A stretch of DNA of 64,000 nt from an uncultured archaeon (GTDB lineage: Archaea > Aenigmatarchaeota > Aenigmatarchaeia > PWEA01 > JAGHBM01): contig CAZOZN010000003.1 in the NCBI GenBank assembly GCA_964584335.1, positions 86,436 through 150,435 on the forward strand, given 5' to 3'. The notes below the pieces were generated by a model. It was given only the letters and a program-made list of their open reading frames with translations, had not been told where the DNA came from and ran no database searches. How positions within the stretch are numbered: the stretch's first letter is position 1; the number at the start of each line of letters is the position of its first letter. Made by a program: the position numbers and the translations under genes. Below, one piece after another: positions 48,082 through 58,077 of this stretch.

Positions 48082-48502
48082 TAATTATATCTTTCTTCTT
48101 AGGTCTCTTTCTTCAGGTATCCTATTTTTCCAGAGCTCTTCCTTTTTTTTAAATTTATTGTACTTACTGCAACTCTCATAGTTTCTTGGGTCCCCGACAT
48201 CACAATCCTCTATACTTATACAGTTCTTAAAGAGATATTCGCAGTATTCACTGAAAAGGTCTTCTTTTTCGTCGGCATACATAAGATCATGGCCCCATTA
48301 AATTTCAATACTACTTATTTTATTTGATAGATATAAATATCAATAACAAGAATTAATCCCAAAAACTAATTAATCTGTTCGTTTTTTTTAATTTTGTATT
48401 TTCAGGGCTTATATTGTCCGAATATAGAAGGGAAAGATTTAAATTTGTTTCTTTATTAAATCATGAATTGTTTTTATAAAAAATAACTGGAGGTCGGTTT
48501 AG

Positions 48503-51130
48503 ATGGCTGATGAAAAATATGTTTACTTTTTTGATGAAGGAAATAGAAAAATGAAAAAACTTTTGGGAGGTAAGGGAGCTAACTTGGCTGAGATGACAAA
48601 GCTCGGGATACCCGTACCGCCCGGATTTACAGTTACCACTGAAGTTTGTGAGTTATTTTACGAGAACAATAAAAATTACCCCAATGGCACGGAAGAACAG
48701 GTAAAAGAAAACCTAAAGAAATTAGAGAAAGAGATGGGTTCTGAATTGGGAAGTTCTGATAACCCTTTACTTCTGAGTGTAAGAAGCGGTGCTGCAATCA
48801 GCATGCCGGGAATGATGGATACTGTTCTAAATTTAGGTCTAAATGAAAAAACTTTAAACGGTTTAATAAAAAAGACAGATAACGAAAGATTTTGTTGGGA
48901 CTGTTACAGGCGTTTTATACAAATGTTTGGAAATGTCGTTATGGGTATAGAGCACTCCAAATTCGAGCATATACTCGATTCAGTTAAAAAAGATAAAGGA
49001 GTTGAATACGACAAAGATTTGGGAGTAGAATATTTAAAGAATATTGTTTGTTCTTACAAGGAACTATACAAAGATGAAACCGGAGAAGATTTCCCTGAAG
49101 ACCCCGAGTTACAGCTTAAAAAATCTATAGATGCTGTTTTTGGAAGCTGGAACAACGAAAGGGCTATAACTTACAGGAGGCTGAACAAAATAACAGGTTT
49201 AAGGGGCACTGCTGTAAACGTGCAAGCTATGGTATTCGGTAACATGGGAGAAGAGAGCGGAACAGGTGTATGTTTCAGTAGAAATCCCGGGGACGGTAAA
49301 AAGGAGTTCTATGGTGAATATTTAATGAATGCTCAGGGAGAGGATGTGGTTGCTGGTATAAGGACACCGAAACCTATAAAAACTTTAGAGAACCAGAACC
49401 CTTCGATTTACAAAGAGCTTGTTGGTATAAAAAACAAGCTGGAAAATCACTATAAGGATATGCAGGACATGGAGTTTACAATACAGGAAGGAAAGTTGTA
49501 CATACTCCAGACAAGGAACGGAAAAAGAACAGCGAAGGCTGCAGTTAAGATTGCAGTTGACATGGTCGAAGAAAATTTGATAGAAGAAAAAGACGCAATT
49601 CTTAGAGTTGATCCTGAACAATTAGGGCAGCTTTTACACAAGACAATAGATCCAGTAGCTAAAAAAGAGTCAAAAATTCTTGAGAGAGGCATACCCGCAT
49701 CTCCTGGTGCTGCTGTAGGCAGAGTTTTTTTCAGTGCAAACAAATCCAGCGAAATGTCTAAGGAAGGAGAAAAGGTAGTTTTGGTAAGGACCGAGACAAG
49801 CCCGGAGGATATAGAGGGAATGGACTCCTCAGAAGGAGTGCTTACTTCTAGAGGAGGAATGACTAGTCATGCTGCTGTTGTTGCTCGTGGCATGGGAAAA
49901 TGTTGTGTTGCCGGTTGCGGAGGAATAGAAGTTAATGAAAATGACGGATATTTTATCACCAAGGAAGGTGTAAAAGTAAATGAAGGGGATTGGATAACTC
50001 TTGATGGAAACACAGGTGAAGTCTTTGAGGGCAAAGTAAGAGTTGTAGAACCTAAAATAGATGATTATTTCTCGAGACTTATGATGTGGGCTGATAAATA
50101 CAGAAAGCTTGGGGTAAGAACCAACGCAGACACGCCCAGTGATAGCTCCGTTGCTGTCAAGTTTGGAGCAGAAGGTATAGGCCTTTGTAGAACTGAACAT
50201 ATGTTCTTTGAAGGAGACAGAATAAAAGCTGTAAGAGAAATGATATTAGCTTGTGACAAAGAGGGTAGAAAGAAGGCTCTCTCAAAACTATTGCCTATAC
50301 AAAAATCAGACTTCAAGGCCATGTTCAGGGTTATGAACGGTAAGCCTTTTACAATAAGGCTGATAGACCCTCCTTTACATGAATTTCTTCCTAAGGAGGA
50401 GAAAGAAATAGAATCTCTTGCAAAAGATATGGGTCTTAGCATAGAGAGGGTAAAGTCTAAGATAGAGGAACTGCATGAATTTAATCCTATGCTTGGTCAT
50501 AGAGGCTGCAGGCTTGCTATAAGCTACCCTGAAATTGCCGAGATGCAAACAAAGGCTATAATATCGGCTGCTATAGAGACTGCTGATGAAGGAATTGAAG
50601 TAATACCAGAAATAATGATTCCTTTGATAGGTGGGCCAAGCGAGTTGAAGTTTGTAAAGAAGATTGTAAATAATACCGCAGAAAGAGTTATTAAGGAATC
50701 TGGAAAAGAAGTGAAGTACAGTGTTGGTGCAATGATTGAAGTTCCCAGAGGTGCTTTGATTGCGGACAGACTGACCAAAGAATCTGATTTCTTTAGCTTC
50801 GGTACAAATGACTTGACTCAGATGACTTGTGGCTTTAGCAGGGACGATGCCACAGTTTTTCTTAAAGAATATATGAAAAAAGGAATTACAAAGAAGGACC
50901 CGTTTCAGTCAATAGACCAAGACGGTGTGGGAATGCTAATAAAAATAGCATGCGAAAAGAGCAGAGGCGTGAAAAGAGACATAAAGCTTGGAGTCTGTGG
51001 CGAACATGGAGGAGAACCAACAAGTATAGAGTTTTTCCATAATAATGGGCTTGATTATGTCAGCTGCAGTCCGTATAGAATTCCTATAGCAAGACTTGCT
51101 GCTGCTCAAGTAGCAATAAAAAACCCCTAG
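48503..51130 (+). CDS. ppdK: pyruvate, phosphate dikinase
   Basis: GGKGANLAEMTKLGIPVPPGF, catalytic-His region GGMTSHAAVVARGMGKCCVAGC, and TIM-barrel PEP domain; 875 aa. Confidence 0.9.
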   Translation: MADEKYVYFFDEGNRKMKKLLGGKGANLAEMTKLGIPVPPGFTVTTEVCELFYENNKNYPNGTEEQVKENLKKLEKEMGSELGSSDNPLLLSVRSGAAISMPGMMDTVLNLGLNEKTLNGLIKKTDNERFCWDCYRRFIQMFGNVVMGIEHSKFEHILDSVKKDKGVEYDKDLGVEYLKNIVCSYKELYKDETGEDFPEDPELQLKKSIDAVFGSWNNERAITYRRLNKITGLRGTAVNVQAMVFGNMGEESGTGVCFSRNPGDGKKEFYGEYLMNAQGEDVVAGIRTPKPIKTLENQNPSIYKELVGIKNKLENHYKDMQDMEFTIQEGKLYILQTRNGKRTAKAAVKIAVDMVEENLIEEKDAILRVDPEQLGQLLHKTIDPVAKKESKILERGIPASPGAAVGRVFFSANKSSEMSKEGEKVVLVRTETSPEDIEGMDSSEGVLTSRGGMTSHAAVVARGMGKCCVAGCGGIEVNENDGYFITKEGVKVNEGDWITLDGNTGEVFEGKVRVVEPKIDDYFSRLMMWADKYRKLGVRTNADTPSDSSVAVKFGAEGIGLCRTEHMFFEGDRIKAVREMILACDKEGRKKALSKLLPIQKSDFKAMFRVMNGKPFTIRLIDPPLHEFLPKEEKEIESLAKDMGLSIERVKSKIEELHEFNPMLGHRGCRLAISYPEIAEMQTKAIISAAIETADEGIEVIPEIMIPLIGGPSELKFVKKIVNNTAERVIKESGKEVKYSVGAMIEVPRGALIADRLTKESDFFSFGTNDLTQMTCGFSRDDATVFLKEYMKKGITKKDPFQSIDQDGVGMLIKIACEKSRGVKRDIKLGVCGEHGGEPTSIEFFHNNGLDYVSCSPYRIPIARLAAAQVAIKNP

Positions 51131-51169
51131 AAAAGCCATTATTTATCCTTTTGTCCTTTTATTTTATTT

Positions 51170-51826
51170 ATGGTAGATTTAGGACTGGGTGTTGAGAATC
51201 TTGAAAGGAATTTTTTTAAACCTTTGGCTGGGTTTACCACATCAAAGAATTTTGAGTATAAGCCCAGTTCAAGAGGGATGAATGTAAAGGGTAAAACAGA
51301 ATACAAGGATGTATTGTATAAAACACAGATAAAAAGAAATATTTCGGTGGGAGACGGTTACAATATTTCTGGCAAGGAATCTTACGTAGAACATGTCATT
51401 TTTTTAAAAGACAAGAAGCAGCCTTTCGTTAAGATAAAATTCGAAGTCTATAATGATGAGATGAAAAAAAGCGGTGCTAACCTTGTATATGATTTTATAA
51501 ACGATTTTGATGATTTTGTTGACTCGGGAAAATCACCGGAAAGAAATTTCACCGAGTATTACTTTTACAAAGACGGTGAATCGTTCAATTGCAACGGAAT
51601 ATTTGACAGGAAGCTAGTAGAATACAATTCTAATAAAGGTGTGTTGCACTTGGATAAGTCTGAAAGAAAGAAATCAGAGAAAATACTTAGATTAACTACA
51701 AGCCCTAAAGACAAATCTTTTTTATTAACGACTTGCGATGTCGTCGCCAGTAAAAAATCTGATTATTCTCTTGACCTGAAAAAAATATTAGAACCTTTTA
51801 TTGATGATTTAAGGGATGTTATTTAA
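51170..51826 (+). CDS. hypothetical protein
   Basis: 218-aa ORF with no motif recognised. Confidence 0.3.
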   Translation: MVDLGLGVENLERNFFKPLAGFTTSKNFEYKPSSRGMNVKGKTEYKDVLYKTQIKRNISVGDGYNISGKESYVEHVIFLKDKKQPFVKIKFEVYNDEMKKSGANLVYDFINDFDDFVDSGKSPERNFTEYYFYKDGESFNCNGIFDRKLVEYNSNKGVLHLDKSERKKSEKILRLTTSPKDKSFLLTTCDVVASKKSDYSLDLKKILEPFIDDLRDVI

Positions 51827-51842
51827 TTAATTTTAGAGCATT

Positions 51843-52643
51843 TCATATGTTGCTCAAAGCTCTAAGTATAGTCCTTGCTGCAAGACTTGCAGTAGGGTTG
51901 TTTATTTTCCTTGAAGAAATCTCCATTATATCCATTCCTATAACTTTTTTCTTAAATACACTATCTATTATCTTGAAGACTTCCTCCGGCTTCATTCCCT
52001 TTGGTTCCCTATAACCAGTGTCCGGTGCGTATGCTGGGTCAAAAACATCCATATCTATTGTTATGTATACAGGCCCTTCGAGATTTTTTAGGTCATTTTT
52101 TATATTAAGTTTTTTATGCATTTTTTCTTCTTGTTCATCCCAGCATCTTATTCCCATCTGGACTATTTTAAAACCTTTGTTTGATGCGTAGTAAGCCCAT
52201 GTATTATGTGCATATTTTTCTTTATCCCCTCTTACTAAGTCCATATGAGCATCAAGCTGTATTATTGTCTTTGGTTTTAAGTATTCTACTATGGGTAGTG
52301 TAGTTAGATGTTCTCCGCCCACAAATACTGGGAATATATTTTTGTTTTTTTTCTTTATAGAATCCAGAGTGTCTTTTATCCTGAAGGAAGTTTCTTCGTA
52401 GTCTCCAAGAACGACATCTATATCTCCAATATCACATATTTTTAGTTCTTTGAATGGGTTTTTTCTTTTTTCTGGAATGTATGTTACTATGTTTTTTAAT
52501 GCTTCTCTTACGAGAACAGGACCAAATCTTTGATTGCTTACAGCACCTGCTGTAGAGTCAAATGGTATTCCAATAAAACATACATCCGCATCCTTTAACG
52601 GATATTCGGGGACAAAACTTTTGCTAGTATATAATAAATCCAT
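51843..52643 (-). CDS. speB: agmatinase (ureohydrolase family)
   Basis: DAHMDL and DMDVFDPAYAPDTGY metal-binding motifs; start moved to the internal Met (MDLLYTSKS...) to remove the overlap with aIF5A. Confidence 0.75.
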   Translation of the reverse strand: MDLLYTSKSFVPEYPLKDADVCFIGIPFDSTAGAVSNQRFGPVLVREALKNIVTYIPEKRKNPFKELKICDIGDIDVVLGDYEETSFRIKDTLDSIKKKNKNIFPVFVGGEHLTTLPIVEYLKPKTIIQLDAHMDLVRGDKEKYAHNTWAYYASNKGFKIVQMGIRCWDEQEEKMHKKLNIKNDLKNLEGPVYITIDMDVFDPAYAPDTGYREPKGMKPEEVFKIIDSVFKKKVIGMDIMEISSRKINNPTASLAARTILRALSNI

Positions 52644-52684
52644 AAGAAAAAGTAATAATGTTAAAAATAAAAAGTTTTGTGGGA

Positions 52685-53065
52685 TTAACCCACCAAAATC
52701 TTCTTTCCCATAACTTTCCAATATACAATTTCTTTACCTTCTTCTAGATTTCCTTCAAGTTCTTCGGGAACAGTACATTCAAATGTATCATAATCTTCCA
52801 TGTCCATCAACTGAACTGAGTTTCCTGAAAGCGATAGAACTTGAGCTCTTTGTTTTTCTATTATTGGAACATCTACAGTAGAGCCACCGGGTTTTACTAT
52901 TTCTCTTCTCTTGTTATCTATGAGCCCAACAGCTTCAACTCTTGCCTTGGCACCCCCGTGCTTTCCTGGCTTTGAAGTTGATATCTTTAATACTTTGCAG
53001 GGTTCGTTGTCAATTATAACATATTTCCCAGGTTTTAAACTTTTTATTCCAGCTTGTGTCTTCAA
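52685..53065 (-). CDS. eif5a: translation initiation factor 5A (aIF5A)
   Basis: Hypusine loop TSKPGKHGGAKARV; SH3-like plus OB fold length (126 aa). Confidence 0.8.
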   Translation of the reverse strand: MKTQAGIKSLKPGKYVIIDNEPCKVLKISTSKPGKHGGAKARVEAVGLIDNKRREIVKPGGSTVDVPIIEKQRAQVLSLSGNSVQLMDMEDYDTFECTVPEELEGNLEEGKEIVYWKVMGKKILVG

Positions 53066-53075
53066 AATTAATCAC

Positions 53076-53279
53076 CTATTTGCTAACAAGTTTTATATCC
53101 CTTGCTTTTACAGTTTTTCTGCCGGCATGCCTGGTTGCTACAACAGCATCTTTAGCTAAGTCATCGGCTATATCTTCTACTATTTCTCTTAGCTCCTCGA
53201 CCGCTTTATCAGACATCCTTTCAACTCCTGCTTTTTTTGCAATTCTTTTTAAAGGAGCCAAAGGTAAATTAGCCATCAT
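53076..53279 (-). CDS. archaeal histone (HMf-like)
   Basis: [64 protein letters not shown] histone fold. Confidence 0.8.
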   Translation of the reverse strand: MMANLPLAPLKRIAKKAGVERMSDKAVEELREIVEDIADDLAKDAVVATRHAGRKTVKARDIKLVSK

Positions 53280-53312
53280 ATCACCTCTAAGTTTCTTATA
53301 TTTTATTAATAT

Positions 53313-54497
53313 TTAAAACAGTTTTTTTGCAATCTTCAATAATCTCGGTTTTTTAATAAGTATCCTTCCAAGTTTTAAAAGTTTTTTCCCTCTTGTAAAT
53401 TCTACTATATCCTCCCCGTCAAGCACTTTTGATAAGTAGTTAAAGTCATCATCAGATAGCTTTTCAACAACTTCTCTAAGTCTCTGAACTTTTTCAAGTG
53501 CTAGACCCCTTTTCGACCACCAAATATTATTATATTCTGATAGGTTATCTTTTGAGAAGTCGTTGTCCTTTAAAGCTTTTATTATAACATCTCCTGCTAT
53601 TTGGCCTGCAATCGTTGCTTCTTTCAATCCGCCACCGTGTATTGGATTTACTTGATGTGCAGCGTCTCCCACAGCAATGAATCCGTTCAGTACCATATTA
53701 TTCAGGAAGCCTCCTACAGGTATACCACCAGAATTAACTTCTATTATGCTTGAATTCTTGAATATCTTTGGGTTTTTTTCTATGAACTTATCAAGATAGT
53801 ATTTTGCAGTTTTGTTTGCCATTCCTATTCCAATACCAACATTTGCTATATGGTCTCCTTTAGGGAATATCCAAACGTAACCTCTTGGAGCTATCTCATT
53901 GCCCATGTATATTTCAATATTTTCATTATTGTTTAGTTTGAGATTGGACATCTCATATTGAAATCCAGAATCAACATTAATTAGTTGGTTTGTGGTATCT
54001 AATCCTGCTTTTCTGGATATTATTGATTCTACTCCGTCAGCAGCAACGACTATCTTTGATTTTACTTCCTTTTCCTCTCCTTCAAATTCGACAACAACAC
54101 CTTTTATGTAATCATTTTTCTTTATTACATCTTTTACTTCTGTTTTTGCCTGAACGTATACACCCGCTTTCGATGCTCTGTAAGCTAACCATTTATCAAA
54201 TACCTTTCTCTCAAGAACATATCCTCCATGGTCTCCAAAATCTATATCAACCGCATTCCCGTTCGGTGCGTAAACTACAGCTCCTTTTATGGTCTGTGCC
54301 ACGCACCTTTTATCTATTTCTCCCAACAATTTTTCTGTTGAGAATGTCAGTCCTTCTGCGCACCTTTTTGGTGAACCTATCTCTTGTTTTTTCTCTAACA
54401 TCAATACTTTAAAACCTGACTCTGCACATTTTTTTGCAACTGCGGAACCTCCGGGACCTGCGCCTACTACAACAACATCGTAACTACTATCCATCAT
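53313..54497 (-). CDS. geranylgeranyl reductase (digeranylgeranylglycerophospholipid reductase), FAD-dependent
   Basis: YDVVVVGAGPGGSAVAKKCAESGFKVLMLEKK and the PxGxxG region. Confidence 0.8.
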   Translation of the reverse strand: MMDSSYDVVVVGAGPGGSAVAKKCAESGFKVLMLEKKQEIGSPKRCAEGLTFSTEKLLGEIDKRCVAQTIKGAVVYAPNGNAVDIDFGDHGGYVLERKVFDKWLAYRASKAGVYVQAKTEVKDVIKKNDYIKGVVVEFEGEEKEVKSKIVVAADGVESIISRKAGLDTTNQLINVDSGFQYEMSNLKLNNNENIEIYMGNEIAPRGYVWIFPKGDHIANVGIGIGMANKTAKYYLDKFIEKNPKIFKNSSIIEVNSGGIPVGGFLNNMVLNGFIAVGDAAHQVNPIHGGGLKEATIAGQIAGDVIIKALKDNDFSKDNLSEYNNIWWSKRGLALEKVQRLREVVEKLSDDDFNYLSKVLDGEDIVEFTRGKKLLKLGRILIKKPRLLKIAKKLF

Positions 54498-54503
54498 TAT
54501 AAA

Positions 54504-54686
54504 TCACTTTTTAACTTTTATGGCGCCAACCGGGCATACTTTTTCACAAAGTCCACATTCTATGCAAAGTTTCTTGTCATGCGATAAACCTGACTCTTTT
54601 AATTCTAATGCTCTTTTTGGACAAACACCGACACATGCCCCGCATCTCAGACACTTACTTCTGTCTATTTCCCACATACCTATCAA
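54504..54686 (-). CDS. fdx: 2x[4Fe-4S] ferredoxin
   Basis: CLRCGACVGVCP and CIECGLCEKVCP. Confidence 0.75.
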   Translation of the reverse strand: MIGMWEIDRSKCLRCGACVGVCPKRALELKESGLSHDKKLCIECGLCEKVCPVGAIKVKK

Positions 54687-54734
54687 CCATATTTTTTTAT
54701 TAATTTATTTAAATTTAAATTGATTTCTAAACTT

Positions 54735-56042
54735 TTAAGGAGTTAATCTTTCTGTATCTCTTGGAAATAGAACAGCTTCTCTTATGTTCTTTAAATCTAA
54801 AATATACATAACAAATCTATCAATTCCAAGGCCGAATCCACCATGAGGAGGAGCACCGAATCTGAAAGGGTATGTATAATATTCAAAATCCTTCACATTC
54901 AGATTTTTTTCTTTTATTTGTTTTATTAGCTCTTTGTACCTATGTTCCCTTTGACTCCCGCTTGTCAATTCCTGTCCCTTATATTCTAAGTCGGCGCCTC
55001 TTCCACATTTCCCATCTCTCATCCAATAGAATTTGCATACTTCAAGATTCCATGGAAATTTTGTAATAAAATAGAAATCGGAACTGTATTTTTCTTTTAT
55101 TATTTTACCCAATTTCTTTTCCTCTTTTATTCCTATGTCTTCACCTTCTTTTACATCTTCACCTGCTTCCTTTAAAAATTCCAAGGCTTCTTCATAACTT
55201 ACTCTTGGAAAGGGTGTTTTTGGAGTCTCAATTTTTATATCTAATTTTTCTAGTTCTTTTTTGCAATTTTTGTTTATTTCTTTTATAACATGACTTACAA
55301 GATTCTCCTGTACTTCTAGAATATCTCCTTCGTCTTCTATAAAGGCTAATTCTACATCAAGCTGTGTAAATTCTGATATATGCCTTCTTGTATGTGACTT
55401 TTCTGCCCTGAAACTCGGACCAATTTCATATACCCTATCAAATCCTGCTATTAACATTGTTTGTTTGTAAAGCTGTTGGCTTTGTGATAGGTATGCCTTT
55501 TTACCAAAATAATCAAGATTAAAAAGACTTGAACCCCCTTCTGCTCCCGCACCCACAATTTTAGGTGTTTGCATTTCGATAAAATTGTTTTTTTCTAAAT
55601 ATTCTCTGATAGCTGTGCATATTTTGTCCCTTATTTTGAAAATTGCGGCAATCTTGGGATTCCTCAAATCAATGAATCTATTGTCCAGTCTTTTGTCAAG
55701 GTTAGTTTCTATTTTACCGGAGAAATCTATTGGAAGTGGAGTTTCTGCTTCTGAGAGCACCTTGAGTTTTTTTGGTATTATTTCTATCCCGCCTGGAGCT
55801 TCCTTGTTTGTTTTCACTTCTCCACATATTTCTAAAACACTTTCTCTGTTTATGTTTTCTATTTTTTCCAGTATCTCTTTTTTAACTTCTCCTTTTTTGA
55901 TTATTACCTGGGCTTCTCCGGACACGTCTCTAATTATTAGAAAGTTTAGCTTCCCAAATTTTCTTATTTCTCTTACCCATCCTGATATCTTTACTTCTGT
56001 TTTATTCTTTTTGGGAATATCCCCGTTAAGAATTCTTCTCAA
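54735..56042 (-). CDS. aspS: aspartyl-tRNA synthetase
   Basis: FRAEKSHTRRHISEFTQLDVE and GAPPHGGFGLGIDRFVMY. Confidence 0.85.
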   Translation of the reverse strand: MRRILNGDIPKKNKTEVKISGWVREIRKFGKLNFLIIRDVSGEAQVIIKKGEVKKEILEKIENINRESVLEICGEVKTNKEAPGGIEIIPKKLKVLSEAETPLPIDFSGKIETNLDKRLDNRFIDLRNPKIAAIFKIRDKICTAIREYLEKNNFIEMQTPKIVGAGAEGGSSLFNLDYFGKKAYLSQSQQLYKQTMLIAGFDRVYEIGPSFRAEKSHTRRHISEFTQLDVELAFIEDEGDILEVQENLVSHVIKEINKNCKKELEKLDIKIETPKTPFPRVSYEEALEFLKEAGEDVKEGEDIGIKEEKKLGKIIKEKYSSDFYFITKFPWNLEVCKFYWMRDGKCGRGADLEYKGQELTSGSQREHRYKELIKQIKEKNLNVKDFEYYTYPFRFGAPPHGGFGLGIDRFVMYILDLKNIREAVLFPRDTERLTP

Positions 56043-56044
56043 GT

Positions 56045-56293
56045 TTACACCCCTAAATTATATAAAATAGTCCAAGAAACTACCCATATTATTATGTATA
56101 CAAAGCCTCCGTTTCCAAACCACCATTTGGCTTTTTCTTCTCCCCACATCTTGCCTAGTATTTTTGGAAGGATAAATAATATCAATATTGCTATGGCCAG
56201 TCCAATTCTACTGTCTTTTATAATTGATGATAATACCCCTGTGAAAATTCCTGCTACAATATAGGTTGAAAATGACTTATTTTCCTTTTTCAT
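56045..56293 (-). CDS. small membrane protein
   Basis: 82 aa with 2-3 TM. Confidence 0.3.
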   Translation of the reverse strand: MKKENKSFSTYIVAGIFTGVLSSIIKDSRIGLAIAILILFILPKILGKMWGEEKAKWWFGNGGFVYIIIWVVSWTILYNLGV

Positions 56294-56325
56294 AAGACAA
56301 TTTATTTAAATAATCATTTAAATAT

Positions 56326-56892
56326 ATGACTTGCATGAATGGTAAAAAACTGGTTTTTGTTTGTGTATTTTTTGTAATGTTCTTTGTTTTTTCATATTCA
56401 GCGGAAGCTTCATATGACGATATAGTTACTTTGACTGTTGGTGAAATGGGTGGTACATGGATTGAGGTTGATAGTGACAGCAATAAAATGGACGTTTTAG
56501 AATTGGAGGGTTCTGTTCGCGGAGTTCCGTATTACGAGGACTGGACAAAGTTCTCTTTTACTTGTACAGAGAGCGTGGGTTTCTGTGATGACATGCTAGA
56601 TAGCAGGAGAAAGTATATCAGGGAGATACAATTAACCCCTGACGTGAATAAAACAAGGTTTTATGTTAATATAGTTGGTTACAAGTTGTCTCCGCTTGGT
56701 TTTACAAATATAACCATAGATAAATATTCCGTTGTTAATGAAAGCAGGCCCGTAGAAACCATAAACATAGGTTTAGTTGTTAACTCTTCACCAGGTTCTT
56801 TTGAGCCCTCAGAACTTGCTGGAATAGAAATATATTATTTACCCATTATGTTATTTTTTTCATTACTGTTTTTTTACAGAAAACTGGCTTAA
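56326..56892 (+). CDS. exported protein with signal peptide and C-terminal anchor
   Basis: N-terminus MTCMNGKKLVFVCVFFVMFFVFSYSAEA; C-terminal TM. Confidence 0.3.
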   Translation: MTCMNGKKLVFVCVFFVMFFVFSYSAEASYDDIVTLTVGEMGGTWIEVDSDSNKMDVLELEGSVRGVPYYEDWTKFSFTCTESVGFCDDMLDSRRKYIREIQLTPDVNKTRFYVNIVGYKLSPLGFTNITIDKYSVVNESRPVETINIGLVVNSSPGSFEPSELAGIEIYYLPIMLFFSLLFFYRKLA

Positions 56893-57549
56893 ACTGCTTT
56901 GATTTTTTTCTCCTTTAACTCTTTTTGAAGTTGACCAGCTCTTTCTTACAAATTCCGGGTACTCACCGAATTTTTTGAGTATTCTCTTTAGAAAATCTAT
57001 TGTTCTATCGTCTGAAGGATAACCCGCTCCTATCTCCTCTCCGAGCTTTTTTTCCAGATTTTTTATTGAAAGGTCTCTAACTACTTTAGCTAGAATGCTG
57101 GCAGAAGAAACAGTCGGGTATTTACTATCAGCATAATTCTCTGATATAATTTCTATTTTCAAATCCCCTATTTTGCCCATGATTTCGTTCTTTATTTTTT
57201 TGGTGTTCGCCTCGGGAGAATCCACAATAACCTTGTCGGGTTTCATAGTTTTTATGATAGAAGACATGTGGTCTATCTCAAGCCTGTTTAAGTTTGTTCC
57301 CTGTGCCCTTGATTCGTCTATTTTTTTTGCTGGTATTTTTATTACTACAAAATCTAAAGCAAGCTCCTTTATCTTCTTTTCCAGTTCCTCTCTTCTAGCA
57401 GGTGAAAGCTCTTTGCTGTCTCTGACTTCAAGTGCCTTGAGCTTCGGAATATCGTGCTCGTTAAACATCGCACCTGCTATTACAAGAGGGCCCACTACTG
57501 CTCCTCTTCCAGCTTCATCTATACCGAGTATTTTTTTCATTTTTATCAA
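56863..57549 (-). CDS. rnhB: ribonuclease HII
   Basis: ILGIDEAGRGAVVGPLVIAG. Confidence 0.85.
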   Translation of the reverse strand: MIKMKKILGIDEAGRGAVVGPLVIAGAMFNEHDIPKLKALEVRDSKELSPARREELEKKIKELALDFVVIKIPAKKIDESRAQGTNLNRLEIDHMSSIIKTMKPDKVIVDSPEANTKKIKNEIMGKIGDLKIEIISENYADSKYPTVSSASILAKVVRDLSIKNLEKKLGEEIGAGYPSDDRTIDFLKRILKKFGEYPEFVRKSWSTSKRVKGEKNQSSLSQFSVKKQ

Positions 57550-57658
57550 TTATATATTATTATTCTGTTTATTCATAAGTTTAGAAATACCATAAAAACC
57601 AATTTCCGTATTTTTTTATTTTTTTGTGTAAAAATTATGCTTGTCAAATAATATATAA

Positions 57659-57889
57659 TTGAGGTTTCTTTATTCTTACATGAAGGAAAAATACCTAGAG
57701 GAATTGGGTTTTTGCATGAAGCTCTGGGAAGAGAAAGGTGGTTGTGAATTCGGTGGAGGGACTAAGTGCGAGAAATGTGCGGTTCCCTATCTCCTGCTTA
57801 AATTAATTTCAGGAGAAATTTTGCACGGCGACATGAAAAGGCTCACTCTGGAAGACTGGAAAGAAAAAATCAGTTCTTTAAAAGATTAA
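57659..57889 (+). CDS. small Cys-containing hypothetical protein
   Basis: 76 aa with CxxxxxxC...CxxC. Confidence 0.25.
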   Translation: MRFLYSYMKEKYLEELGFCMKLWEEKGGCEFGGGTKCEKCAVPYLLLKLISGEILHGDMKRLTLEDWKEKISSLKD

Positions 57890-57894
57890 ATTTT

Positions 57895-58077
57895 TTATTT
57901 TATTCTGTAAAATATTATTATAAAAGATATTGTTCCAATCAGAAGGCCCGCTGGAATACCAACAAAAACAGAGAAACCCACATCGTTTCTTAGCATTTCC
58001 GTTACTGATATCATAGTGATTAGAAATATTAAAACCGGAATGATTATCAATAATAATATTTTTTTCATTTTTATCAC
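57895..58077 (-). CDS. small 2-TM membrane protein
   Basis: 60 aa, hydrophobic. Confidence 0.25.
   Translation of the reverse strand: MIKMKKILLLIIIPVLIFLITMISVTEMLRNDVGFSVFVGIPAGLLIGTISFIIIFYRIK

Noticed and set aside
52644-52721. N-terminal 26-codon extension of agmatinase overlapping the aIF5A 3' end.
   Set aside because: The extension is a hydrophobic non-conserved leader. An internal Met gives a canonical agmatinase N-terminus and removes the overlap.
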